Below, piece after piece: positions 1 through 8,970 of a stretch of DNA of 32,000 nucleotides. The stretch covers positions 30,001-62,000 of the forward strand of contig CAZECW010000121.1 of NCBI GenBank assembly GCA_964510585.1, given 5' to 3'. This stretch comes from an uncultured archaeon (GTDB taxonomy: Archaea > Asgardarchaeota > Jordiarchaeia > Jordiarchaeales > Jordiarchaeaceae). The translations under genes and the position numbers were made by a program. Below the pieces are notes generated by a model that worked only from the letters and a program-made list of their open reading frames with translations, was not told the origin of the DNA and did no database searches. Position 1 is the first letter of the stretch. Each line of letters starts with the position of its first letter.

Positions 1-1555
1 ACACGTCCAGCCTTGCCAAAAGCTTCTGTCTCAACTCCTTTGTAAGTTCAACGCTTGGTAGACCAGTATCAAAACTCATTACAGATGCGACGTCGGCCAA
101 GCTCCAAAACTCATGGATGTAGGCGGGTTCACCAAGTACGGTTATGGCTACGTCGCTCTCCTTAGCCTTCTCCTTTACTTCCTCCAAGTTGCCAAGCTCA
201 TTATAGTCTGCGCCCTTAACGTAGGAAACCTTGGTTTTAGGTGAGACCTTGCCCTTTATGGCTTCCAAAACAGTTACTGCTGAAGGCCAGGGGCCGAAGT
301 GGTTTGTCCACCCGCCTAAAAGTCCCTCCAAGTTGTCAGCGTTCGGCCCAGTCACCAGTACGGAGTTCAAATCCTTCGTGAGAGGCAGAAGACCCTCATT
401 CTTGAGCAGCACTAAGCTTTTCCTAGAAGCTTGCAGTGCTAACTCCTTATTCTGGTGGCTCCCCACAATTCTCTGTGTCTCTTCAGGGTCCACGTATACC
501 TTTTCAAATAGGCCCAGCCTAAACTTTACCTCAAGTATTCTCCTCACCGAAAGGTCTATTCTTCTCTCAGATATTTCACCACTGTTGACCAGTTCCAAGA
601 GTGCCTGGTAAAATCTAGCTCCTCCAATTGAGTCAATGTCCAAGCCGGCCAAAACCGCCTGTTTCACCGCATCCTTGTAGCTCTCAGCAGTCCTATGGTA
701 TCTGTGGAGCATCTCCACGCCACCCCAATCCGAAACCACTATTCCTCTAAAGCCAAGTGCGCCTCTAAGTAGCTCTGTAAGGTACTCGTAGGAACCATGA
801 ACTGGCTTACCATTTATCTCGTTGTAGCAGGGCATTATGGATAGTACTCCAGACTTCACGGCAGCTTCAAAGGAGGGAAGATGAACAGTGTAAAAAGTGT
901 ACTCTGATATGTCTACTGGTGCTGTGTCTTCTCCTCCCTCGGGAGCGCTGTAGGCTGGAAAGTGTTTAGCTGTGGCAGCCAAATGTTCTCCATCCACCCT
1001 GAAGCCCTCCCCTCCCTGGTAGCCCCGAACCATGGCAGCAGCCATAACAGAGCAGAGGTAGGGGCTTTCACCAAAGGTTTCAAATGTTCTCCCCCACCTA
1101 GGATCCCTAGCAATGTCGCATACTGGGTTGAGGTTCTGGTGTATGCCTGTGGCCCTAGTTTCTCTAGCTGAAACCTCAGCTACCTTTCTTGAAAATTCTG
1201 GGTCCCATGTTGAGGCCATACCTAGGTTGTGAGGGAAAACAGTGGTTCCCTTAACAAATGCGTGTCCGTGGTCAGCGTCAGTATATAGTAGGAGGGGTAT
1301 GCCTAGGCGGGTCTTCTCTAGGGCGTAGCTCTGGATTGTGTTTACGGTGTTAGCTAGGTCAGTGGCTTTTTCCCATAGGAGGAATGGGGCTCCGGCTCCT
1401 GCATGGTATTTTTCCACGGCTTCTAGGGCTATATCAGGTGTTATCATAAAGAAGCCCGACATTTGTCCCACTTTTTCTTCGACGGTCATTTTTGATAGGA
1501 GGTCTTCAACCCTTTCTTCGACTGTGCGATTTTTGTCGCGGTATATTTCACTCAA
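1..1555 (-). CDS. Glycoside hydrolase family 3 (beta-glucosidase/xylosidase, BglX-like), C-terminus runs off the window
   Basis: Absent from the ORF track because it has no stop in the window. Manual translation from TTG 1555 gives (M)SEIYRDKNRTVEERVEDLLSKMTVEEKVGQM, then TRLGIPLL, FPHNLGMASTWD, DIARDPRWGRTFETFGESP, ATAKHFP and GFRGIVVSDWGG (GH3 nucleophile Asp). Confidence 0.93.
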   Translation of the reverse strand, partial: MSEIYRDKNRTVEERVEDLLSKMTVEEKVGQMSGFFMITPDIALEAVEKYHAGAGAPFLLWEKATDLANTVNTIQSYALEKTRLGIPLLLYTDADHGHAFVKGTTVFPHNLGMASTWDPEFSRKVAEVSARETRATGIHQNLNPVCDIARDPRWGRTFETFGESPYLCSVMAAAMVRGYQGGEGFRVDGEHLAATAKHFPAYSAPEGGEDTAPVDISEYTFYTVHLPSFEAAVKSGVLSIMPCYNEINGKPVHGSYEYLTELLRGALGFRGIVVSDWGGVEMLHRYHRTAESYKDAVKQAVLAGLDIDSIGGARFYQALLELVNSGEISERRIDLSVRRILEVKFRLGLFEKVYVDPEETQRIVGSHQNKELALQASRKSLVLLKNEGLLPLTKDLNSVLVTGPNADNLEGLLGGWTNHFGPWPSAVTVLEAIKGKVSPKTKVSYVKGADYNELGNLEEVKEKAKESDVAITVLGEPAYIHEFWSLADVASVMSFDTGLPSVELTKELRQKLLARLDV

Positions 1556-1574
1556 TTTTGACACCTTTCGAATC

Positions 1575-2222
1575 TTATTCTCCTTCCACCCATTTTTTAC
1601 AAATGTTGACTCCTGCCACTGCGTCTGGGGCGTAGGCGTCTGCACCAATTTTTTTGGCGTATTCCTCAGTGAGTGGCGCTCCGCCCACGATGACTTTGAC
1701 CTGATTTCTCAAATTTGCCTTTCCAAGTTCTTTTATCACGTTTTCTAATTCTTGCATGGTGACTGTGAGTAGGGCTGAGATTCCTAAGATTCTGGGTTTA
1801 TGGTTACGCACTGCTTCTACGAATTGTTCGGGAGAAATGTTTACTCCGAGGTCTACTACTTCGAATCCTGCCGCCATCATTAGGGTTGCGAAAATGTTTT
1901 TTCCAATGTCGTGGAGGTCTCCTTTGACTGTGCCCACGACCGCCTTGGCCATTTTTTTAACGTCTGAGTCTTTGAGGTGTGGGCTTAGGATTTTCATTCC
2001 TTCCTTCATGACTTCTCCGGACATTACGAGTTCTGCTAGGAAGTATTCTTTTGCCTCATACTTTTGTCCCACAATATCCATGCCCTTAGCCATTCCCTCT
2101 GTAATGGCTTTAATTGGCGGTATTCCCTGATCTAGAGCGTCCTGACAGGCTTTCTTCACTCCTTCAATATCCAGGTTTACTACGCTTTCCCTTAGCCTCT
2201 CCAAAATTTCTGCTTCGTTCAT
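1575..2222 (-). CDS. Corrinoid (cobalamin-binding) protein of a methyltransferase system, MtaC/MtbC-like
   Basis: N-terminal four-helix cap followed by the B12 motif GTVKGDLHDIGKNI, plus GISALLT and VIVGGAP; 215 aa. Confidence 0.95.
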   Translation of the reverse strand: MNEAEILERLRESVVNLDIEGVKKACQDALDQGIPPIKAITEGMAKGMDIVGQKYEAKEYFLAELVMSGEVMKEGMKILSPHLKDSDVKKMAKAVVGTVKGDLHDIGKNIFATLMMAAGFEVVDLGVNISPEQFVEAVRNHKPRILGISALLTVTMQELENVIKELGKANLRNQVKVIVGGAPLTEEYAKKIGADAYAPDAVAGVNICKKWVEGE

Positions 2223-2228
2223 TTCGCC

Positions 2229-2534
2229 TCACCAATAAACCGAGTCTAGGGGCTTATTCTTCAAGACAGCCTCAGTCTCTTCGGGTTCCAGTGTTTTTCT
2301 TACTCCTGTTTTGTAGTGCCAGTCAAAGCAACACCACCTAACAAGCTTAACCTTTTTACCCTTAAGTTCGGAAGGCAACTCTTCGCCTGGGGTTCTTTTA
2401 GAAAAGCCAGTTAGTTCAAGGTTGAAGATACACTTCTCCCAAACATTTCCTTCCTCATCTTTTTTGGTCTCGCCAGTTTTCTCAACACTGAGAACCGTTC
2501 CCTGCAAGACTCTAATTTTCTGTTTAGACGCCAT
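2229..2534 (-). CDS. Hypothetical 101-aa protein, first gene of the corrinoid/GH3 operon
   Basis: ATG start, 6-bp gap to the corrinoid gene, beta-rich charged sequence with RWCCFDWHY. Confidence 0.8.
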   Translation of the reverse strand: MASKQKIRVLQGTVLSVEKTGETKKDEEGNVWEKCIFNLELTGFSKRTPGEELPSELKGKKVKLVRWCCFDWHYKTGVRKTLEPEETEAVLKNKPLDSVYW

Positions 2535-2837
2535 TACTTTTCCCCAAATTTCTTTTTAGAACTTTTTCGACCATTCCCCCTTTTATTATTTTTCCAAAAA
2601 TCAGCACCAATTTATGGTTATCCAACAATTTACTCTCAAAGTAAACTTATGCCTTTTTGCAAATATTCGTCCCACTTAAAGTAGTAAACGTGTAGGACTA
2701 AGGGTATAGAGAGAGTATTTAATTGTGGATTACCATTAAACTTATCAATTATATTTAAAACCTTCATATAATAAGTGTATGGATAATTGTTGAAAAGTGG
2801 AAGTTTTTATGAGCAGATGGTTTAAGGGGCATAAGCT

Positions 2838-3917
2838 GTGAAGCCGCGTGAACGAGTTCTCAGAGCCCTAATGCACGAGGAACCGGACAGAGTGCCACTT
2901 TTTGAATTGGCAGTTAGCCCCATTGTTTTGGGCAAGATTTTCAATAAGAAACCCGAAGAATGCCTCTCCATATTCGCGGGTTGGGAAAAAGAGTTTGACC
3001 TCTACGAAAAATTGGGGTTGGACAGCTCCACCGTATACACCCTAATGTTTAGCCCCAAAAATTCTAGAGGACTGGATAAGGACAGGTACGTTGACTCTTG
3101 GGGGCGAATCTACAGCGCCAATATTTCCGCGGGCTACATTTCCCATTTCTATTTGGGTGGATACCTAACAACTCCGGAAAGGTATGAGGAGTTTCCCAGA
3201 CTTGACCCCCTAGACTCTTGGGGCATTGAACAATTTAAAATTGCAGTAAAAGCCGCAGGCGACCGCATACTCCCAGTAGCCGCAGTAGGCTCAATCTGGG
3301 AAGTTCAGGGCGAGGCTCTGGGATGGGAGAACATGTTCCGCTACATTTTCACCAACCCACAATTCGTAAAAAGGGTTCTTGCAGACTCAACCAAATTCTT
3401 AATAGAGCTGGGAAAAGCCTGCATAGATCTGGGGGCTGAAGTTCTCCTAGACTGGGACGACTACGGCTACACACATGGACCCATGATTTCTCCCAAACAT
3501 TTCGAAAAGTTCGTCTATCCCTGCCTAAAAAAGGCGGCCGACACATTCCATAAGAAGGGAGCGTTTCTCATGGTACACTCCGACGGAGACATACGCCTCC
3601 TCATGGACCTCATAATAAAAGCGGGTGTGGACGCCATCCAACCCTTGGAGCCCAAAGCAGGTATGGACATAGAGGAGGTGGCTGAGAAGTGGGGAGACAA
3701 AATTTGCCTGGTCGGAAACATCGACGTTTCCCACCTTCTACCCTTCGGAACCCCTGAAGAGGTCGCAAGAGAAGTGAAAAGAGCCATAAATGCGGCTGCC
3801 CCCGGCGGAGGCTACCTTCTGGGTTCAGGACACCAGATTAACGATTGGTGTAAACCAGAAAATTTCTTAGCCCAAATAAAAACAGCTAAAAAGTTTGGAG
3901 TATATCCCTTGCACTAA
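2838..3917 (+). CDS. UroD/MtaA-superfamily protein, probable corrinoid-dependent methyltransferase
   Basis: RERVLRALMHEEPDRVP N-terminus, DDYG..GPMISP, HSDG, GNID, AAPGGGYLL; lacks the HemE MRQAGR motif. Confidence 0.88.
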   Translation: MKPRERVLRALMHEEPDRVPLFELAVSPIVLGKIFNKKPEECLSIFAGWEKEFDLYEKLGLDSSTVYTLMFSPKNSRGLDKDRYVDSWGRIYSANISAGYISHFYLGGYLTTPERYEEFPRLDPLDSWGIEQFKIAVKAAGDRILPVAAVGSIWEVQGEALGWENMFRYIFTNPQFVKRVLADSTKFLIELGKACIDLGAEVLLDWDDYGYTHGPMISPKHFEKFVYPCLKKAADTFHKKGAFLMVHSDGDIRLLMDLIIKAGVDAIQPLEPKAGMDIEEVAEKWGDKICLVGNIDVSHLLPFGTPEEVAREVKRAINAAAPGGGYLLGSGHQINDWCKPENFLAQIKTAKKFGVYPLH

Positions 3918-4029
3918 AAATTATTTCCTACTTAAGGGTGCCAAAATTGGTAATAGAACCAAGCCATGTTCTGATAAAGTTTCGTTGAGAAATTGTGAAT
4001 GGTAATTCGTCTGTGAAGTGGTGGAATTT

Positions 4030-5070
4030 ATGGACTCTAGGGAGAGGATTTTAAGAGCGTTGTATGGTGAGGAGCCGGACGCTGTTCCTCTTTTCGAGAT
4101 TGAAATTAATGTTCCCATAGTGAGGCAAATTTTGGGCAGAACTCCTAGCGACGCTTTGGACTTTTATGAGGTTTACAGTAGCTGTGGGTTGGATGGGATA
4201 AATTTTTGGGACAATTTTAGGCTCGTGAAGCCTCTGGACGAGAAGTCCTTCATTGATGATTGGGCCAGAATATGGTCAATTGAGGAGAACGAGGTTATCT
4301 ATTACGTGAGGGGAACAATTGATAGTGAGGAAGATTTTGAAAAGTTCAACCCACCCGACCCATTCGATTATGATAGGTTGGACAGGCTCAGAAAGGTGAT
4401 AAAAAATAATAAAAACAGGTTGGCGGTTGTGGGCGGAATACATGACGCCTTTGAAATACCATCCCAGATGAGGGGCGTAAACAATTTCCTGATAGACCTT
4501 TATAAGAATCCAGGCTTTGCAAAGAGACTCATTGAAGCCTCCGTAAATTATAACATTGAGCTGGCAAAAGCCATGATTGACCTGGGAGTAGACGCCCTCA
4601 TATCGGGAGACGACTACGCCTATAAACATGGACCATTTATGTCGTTGAAACTTTTCCGAGAATTCATAGCTCCCTATTTGAAAAAAATCGTCGATGAGGT
4701 ACACCGGAGGGGAGTTCCCTTTATTAAGCACTGTGACGGCTACATCTGGCCAATCCTAGACGACATTGTGAACACCGGAATAGACGCTCTACACCCAATA
4801 GAACCCCAGGCGGGAATGAGCTTAAGGGAAGTCAAAGAAAAATATGGTAACAGGATATGCGTAATGGGCAATGTGGATGTGACCAATGTGCTGCCCCTCG
4901 GAACAGTTGAAGACACGGTTAAAGATGTTAAAAGATGCATAGAAGAAGCAGCAAATAGTGGCGGGTACATCCTAAGCTCCAGCAACTCAATCCACAACGC
5001 AGTCAAAATTGAAAACTTCAAAGCCATGATTAAAGCCACAAAAAAATATGGAAAATATCCCCAAATTTAA
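4030..5070 (+). CDS. Second UroD/MtaA-superfamily protein, paralogue of 2838-3917
   Basis: RERILRALYGEEPDAVP, DDYA..GPFMS, HCDG, GNVD, SGGYILSSSNSI; ATG 4030 follows a GGTGG RBS-like stretch. Confidence 0.88.
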   Translation: MDSRERILRALYGEEPDAVPLFEIEINVPIVRQILGRTPSDALDFYEVYSSCGLDGINFWDNFRLVKPLDEKSFIDDWARIWSIEENEVIYYVRGTIDSEEDFEKFNPPDPFDYDRLDRLRKVIKNNKNRLAVVGGIHDAFEIPSQMRGVNNFLIDLYKNPGFAKRLIEASVNYNIELAKAMIDLGVDALISGDDYAYKHGPFMSLKLFREFIAPYLKKIVDEVHRRGVPFIKHCDGYIWPILDDIVNTGIDALHPIEPQAGMSLREVKEKYGNRICVMGNVDVTNVLPLGTVEDTVKDVKRCIEEAANSGGYILSSSNSIHNAVKIENFKAMIKATKKYGKYPQI

Positions 5071-6164
5071 GTTAAGTCCGAGTTAAGTATATATCTACGT
5101 TTCTCATATTTATGTATTATGTTGCCGCAGAAGTTAACCTTATCTAGGAAAGAAGAGGCGGAAATCAGGAAATTCATGGCAGAAACCAAAAGCAAGGAGG
5201 AGTATAGAAGGGCGGAGGCAGTCCTTTACAAGGCGGAGGGACTCTCCTACAGAGCCATCGCAAAGAAGATGAACGCAGCATACCTCTCCGTCTACAAGTG
5301 GATCCAGAGATACAAGGAGGGAGGGGTGAAAGCCCTCCGCACCAAAACCCGCCCAGGAAAAAAGCCCAGAATAACCCCTGAACAGAGGAAAGCCATAGTT
5401 CAAACCGCCCTCCAAAGTCCCCAGGCCTTCGGCTACCTCAAAAACGAGTGGAGCGTAAGGCTCCTTGCAAAACACCTCACCCAGAAGATGGGAATCCCGA
5501 TAAGCAAGACCCACGTGTGGGAAATCCTCCACGAGCTAGGCATAGCCTACAAGAGAGCTAAAGCTGTGGTTGAGAGCCCCGACCCCGAATACCCGGAGAA
5601 AGCCCGCCGAGTGGAGGGCTACAAGAAAATTGCTCCCGCGCTCCTTAAAAAGGGGTTGCAGTAGCCTTTGAGGACGAGAAGTGGCTGGAACTCAACCCCA
5701 TAATAGGGTCTGGGTGGATGCCCCGAGGAGAGCAAAGGAGGGTTCCCACGCCAGGCGTTAATCGGAGGATAAACACCTTCATAACCTTGCTCTGGCCCTC
5801 CAAGAAGAAGCTCCACCATATCCGCAGGAGGAGGAGAAGCCGAGAATTCAAAGAGCACCTACAACAGCTGCTAAGGTACATAAAGAGGCACAGACTAAAG
5901 AGGATCATCCTCATCATGGACAATGCAACAATCCACCGTAGCCGGGAGACCATGCAGTTCCTTGAGAAACACGCGGAGAAAATAACCCCCTTCTATCTGC
6001 CGAAGTACGCCCCGCGGCTCAACGAGGTTGAAGGCCGGGTGAACAGACACCTCGCACGCGACGTGTGCACAAACCACAACTATCAAAGTATTGAAGACCT
6101 AGAGAAAGCAACAAGAAAATATATAAGAAAGCTCAATAGATATCACAAATAATCGGACTTAACT
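5070..6164 (+). mobile_element. IS630-family insertion sequence, apparently intact
   Basis: Perfect inverted repeat AATTTAAGTTAAGTCCGA (5064-5081) / TCGGACTTAACTTAAATT (6153-6170), which includes a TA target duplication (5068-69, 6165-66). HTH ORF followed by a DDE ORF in the -1 frame. Exact boundary (TA vs TTAA duplication) is inferred. Confidence 0.9.
5119..6152 (+). CDS. IS630 transposase split over two frames (orfA 5119-5664 HTH; -1 frame DDE domain), about 344 aa if fused
   Basis: orfA has tandem HTH domains (GLSYRAIA, VYKWIQRY, RPGKKP). The -1 frame gives VAVAFEDE...IMDNATIH...PKYAPRLNEVE, the IS630 DDE triad. Confidence 0.88.
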
Positions 6165-6231
6165 TAAATTATAAAGAACACCCTTCTTTGGGTCAGATTT
6201 GCTACATATGGTCCTGAAACATTTAATGCAC

Positions 6232-6621
6232 TTATTTTTTCGTCTTCTTTACTTTTTGGACAAAGTCACTTACAACCTCAAGCAGTTCCACCATTTCTAG
6301 CAGTTCCCCCTCTCCGATACGGTAAAATTCATGGACTTTCATATATCTCAAAAAAATTAGTCTTTTAGCATGGTTAAAAACTTCGCTGGATATTATTCCC
6401 TCGTTTTTGAGAATTTCAAAAATTTCCCTGTAGGTTGACGGAAACCCTAACTTTTCCTCTGATACTATGTGTTCTACTATTTCTATAAGAGCGTTTACTG
6501 CTTGGAAACACTCCATTGCCAGTGTGTTATAGATAAGATAGTCTAAAACATTTTTGTCCCTCAATTTTTGGGCGTTAGCAAAGTGTTTTTCAAATCGTAG
6601 TATGTTCTCGACAAGCCTCAT
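6232..6621 (-). CDS. hepT: DUF86/HepT-type HEPN ribonuclease toxin with an atypical active-site motif
   Basis: PSTYREIFEIL..GII and R-YMKV-H motif. The likely start ATG 6621 forms an ATGA overlap with the upstream MNT stop. Confidence 0.82.
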   Translation of the reverse strand: MRLVENILRFEKHFANAQKLRDKNVLDYLIYNTLAMECFQAVNALIEIVEHIVSEEKLGFPSTYREIFEILKNEGIISSEVFNHAKRLIFLRYMKVHEFYRIGEGELLEMVELLEVVSDFVQKVKKTKK

Positions 6622-6992
6622 TTCAGCATATCCATTGCTATCCTTTGATATAGCCATGAAGTTTCAAGGTAGTTTCTCAACACAATCCTTTTTATGTTGA
6701 GTAAGAAGTCTTCGTCCCTACAAAAAATTTCTCGCCCATATTTGAGAACTTCAAATTGAATGTGAAGAGGAAGACGGTGAAAAAGAACAACGTCAAATTT
6801 CTCAGAGTACATACTGCCTACCTCAGCCTCTATTTCCGCATCGGGTTCCTTCAAAACAACCGCTAAGTCTATATCTGAAAGCGGTTTTTCAGCCCCCATC
6901 ACGTAAGAACCAAAAAGAAAGATGGCAACAACCTTGGGGTAAGCCTTCATCTGATTAATTAAAGTCTCTAACTTTTCACTGTTCTTCTTCAT
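6618..6992 (-). CDS. mntA: Minimal nucleotidyltransferase antitoxin (MNT)
   Basis: FLFGSYVMGAEKPLSDIDLAV (GS-x10-DxD); translationally coupled to the DUF86 gene. Confidence 0.9.
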   Translation of the reverse strand: MKKNSEKLETLINQMKAYPKVVAIFLFGSYVMGAEKPLSDIDLAVVLKEPDAEIEAEVGSMYSEKFDVVLFHRLPLHIQFEVLKYGREIFCRDEDFLLNIKRIVLRNYLETSWLYQRIAMDMLK

Positions 6993-7064
6993 TCAAACAA
7001 CACCTATGCGTGCTTGTTCAACGTTGCGGAAGTTCTTTAATGTTTAGTTTCTGTTTTTTGGGAA

Positions 7065-7520
7065 TTAGAGGTCTTCTTTAAGGTAGGTTTCTTTAAGGAA
7101 CTCTGAAACTGTTTCTAAGGTTTTCTCCGCTATGTCCACCGCTTCTTTAGCATCTTTCTCAGAGTATAGGTCCATAGGGGTGACTACTCTCCCTGCTTTC
7201 ACTTTTGGATACCTGGCAAGGTAGTATTGGTCCATAAGCCAAGCCAAATCGTGAAGCATTTCTCGCAGGGGCTTCACCCATTTTTCTGGAGCGGTTACTA
7301 TTATGTCTGATGCGAAGAATGCCGAGGGATCGTGCTCCGCTATTTGGGTTACCCCTTCACATGCTAGGGCTGCCTTCATTGCCTTTTCGGCGGTTTGTTG
7401 CGCTTCTAAAACGGCCTTGTGGTATCTTTTCTCCCTGAGGTGAGTTTTTGCCGATTCTAGGTCGATTCCAGCTTCTCTTAGAAGTGCCTTTGCCATCTCA
7501 CGGGTGATTCCAGAAACCAT
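7065..7520 (-). CDS. HEPN-domain protein (archaeal HEPN type with the RYP motif)
   Basis: AVLEAQQTAEKAMKAAL, EHD and LARYP motifs; TAATG overlap with the upstream MNT. Confidence 0.88.
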   Translation of the reverse strand: MVSGITREMAKALLREAGIDLESAKTHLREKRYHKAVLEAQQTAEKAMKAALACEGVTQIAEHDPSAFFASDIIVTAPEKWVKPLREMLHDLAWLMDQYYLARYPKVKAGRVVTPMDLYSEKDAKEAVDIAEKTLETVSEFLKETYLKEDL

Positions 7521-7930
7521 TATTTAGCCACCCACACTCTTGAGTGAGAGTATCTTTTTATCTCTCCCCTCTTTTCCATATCTTCAAGGATATTCGTCTG
7601 CTCTCTGAAGAAGCCATTGTCAAATAGGACTTTATATGAGGAGTAGACTCCGAGAGCGAAGGGGAACTTTTCTTTAACCATGAAGTGAAAGTCATCCATA
7701 GAGCAGACTTCCACACTTATCTTTTTCCTCACCTTTAGAGAGGCCCTAAACGCAACTTCACTTATTGTTTTAGCCACATCTTGAGAATAGTCTGGCAAGA
7801 TTACCAGGATATCAATGTCACTGTCCGGCAGAGCGTCACCCCTAGCTTCAGACCCATATACCACAATGGAAACAGCACCCAAACCAACCAACTCTTCAGT
7901 AAAACCGCGTAACTCTGCCTCTCTTAGCAA
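7520..7930 (-). CDS. Minimal nucleotidyltransferase (MNT), partner of HEPN 7065-7520
   Basis: VYGSEARGDALPDSDIDILV; TTG start. Confidence 0.88.
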   Translation of the reverse strand: MLREAELRGFTEELVGLGAVSIVVYGSEARGDALPDSDIDILVILPDYSQDVAKTISEVAFRASLKVRKKISVEVCSMDDFHFMVKEKFPFALGVYSSYKVLFDNGFFREQTNILEDMEKRGEIKRYSHSRVWVAK

Positions 7931-8220
7931 AACCTCACAACCTCACAATATTAGCTTCAAATCTATTACTTAAACCTAGTGAACACGACACTAGCACAGC
8001 CTATACACAAAAGATCCCCCTTTTTAAACTAATTTTTCCAGACTCATTCTTCGAGATCCTTCGCAGCTTTAAATCCTCCTCTCGTAGAGGATAGATCTCA
8101 TGCATTTTCTTGAAAAGGGAGATACCTAAAACAGTTTCAAAAAAGGGTGCAGTCAACAGTTAAAGGGAGCCAAATATCCCAGCTGCATTCACAAATATGT
8201 GAAACGAGTTTCAATAGTAT

Positions 8221-8337
8221 TTATGGTGCTTTCCTGTGGTTCCAACCCTTTTCTTCTATGAATAGTCTTGAAAAACATTTTGTAGCAAACACTGGGAAGC
8301 TCTCTGTCTTTTAATTTTTTTATGGTAATGTGCCTGG
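8221..8337 (-). pseudogene. Frameshifted 3' remnant of a paralogue of the 9752-10564 gene
   Basis: Aligns to 9752-9867. It reads ITIKKLKDRELPSVCYKMF/SRLFIEEKGWNHRKAP* versus ITIKNQDKELPSICYKMFSRLFIKEQGWNHRKAP*, with an extra base in GAAAAAC. Confidence 0.85.
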
Positions 8338-8754
8338 CACAATTTACTCAGCGTTACCTACTGTGGGTGGTGTAGTTTTGTGACTTCCACTCACCCTTTT
8401 TTATGCCTAGAATAGTATTTTTTCCACGCCAAATGCAGATTTTAAGGACTAGTTTGAAGCAGTTTTTACGCTAACCGAAACCCCCAACAGGTGAAGCCCA
8501 GTGAAGTGTTCCATGTGTCTGAGAGCATGATTAGCTGAGGAATAATTTAATTAGCCAAATGGTACTGTACAGGGCGTTTCTGTGTAAGTCGACCGGCTTC
8601 AAGGTGTAGTGGTAAGGTACAGGCTACCTGCACATTTCCATTCTAACCATAGAAAAAGGGTGTATTCCCTAAAAAAATAGAATTTTTTTGGGCGATTTCG
8701 CTTGGAAAAATTTAAAGCCACGCTTCAATAATAGTCACTCAACTGGTGGTTTTG

Positions 8755-8970
8755 ATGGGTGAAGTTATCGAAGTCGTATATGAGAATGGGGTTTTTAAAC
8801 CTCTCAAAAAAGTGAGGTTGAGAGAGGGTGAGTTCGTGAAAATAGAGATTAAGGAAACTAAAAAAGTTACTAAGAGATTTTTCAAAAAGCTGGAAGAGTT
8901 GGAGAAAAGAATCGAGAAGGTTGAAGGTGCCTACAGAGTGCTTGAGGAGTTAAGGAATGCTCGTTGTTGA
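8755..8970 (+). CDS. vapB: DUF104/AF2212-like antitoxin (VapB)
   Basis: [26 protein letters not shown] signature; overlaps the PIN gene start. Confidence 0.9.
   Translation: MGEVIEVVYENGVFKPLKKVRLREGEFVKIEIKETKKVTKRFFKKLEELEKRIEKVEGAYRVLEELRNARC

Noticed and set aside
231-1748. Plus-strand ORFs 231-611, 962-1171 and 1338-1748, and similar antisense ORFs elsewhere (e.g. 25062-25646, 9834-10220, 21459-21779)
   Set aside because: They are shadows of well-supported genes on the opposite strand.
2838-5070. Annotation as true uroporphyrinogen decarboxylase (hemE)
   Set aside because: The MRQAGR signature is missing and the context is a corrinoid methyltransferase cluster.
8585-8640. STGFKV peptide resembling the IS5-type DSTG motif
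   Set aside because: Too short, flanked by stops, and no other transposase motif or IR nearby.
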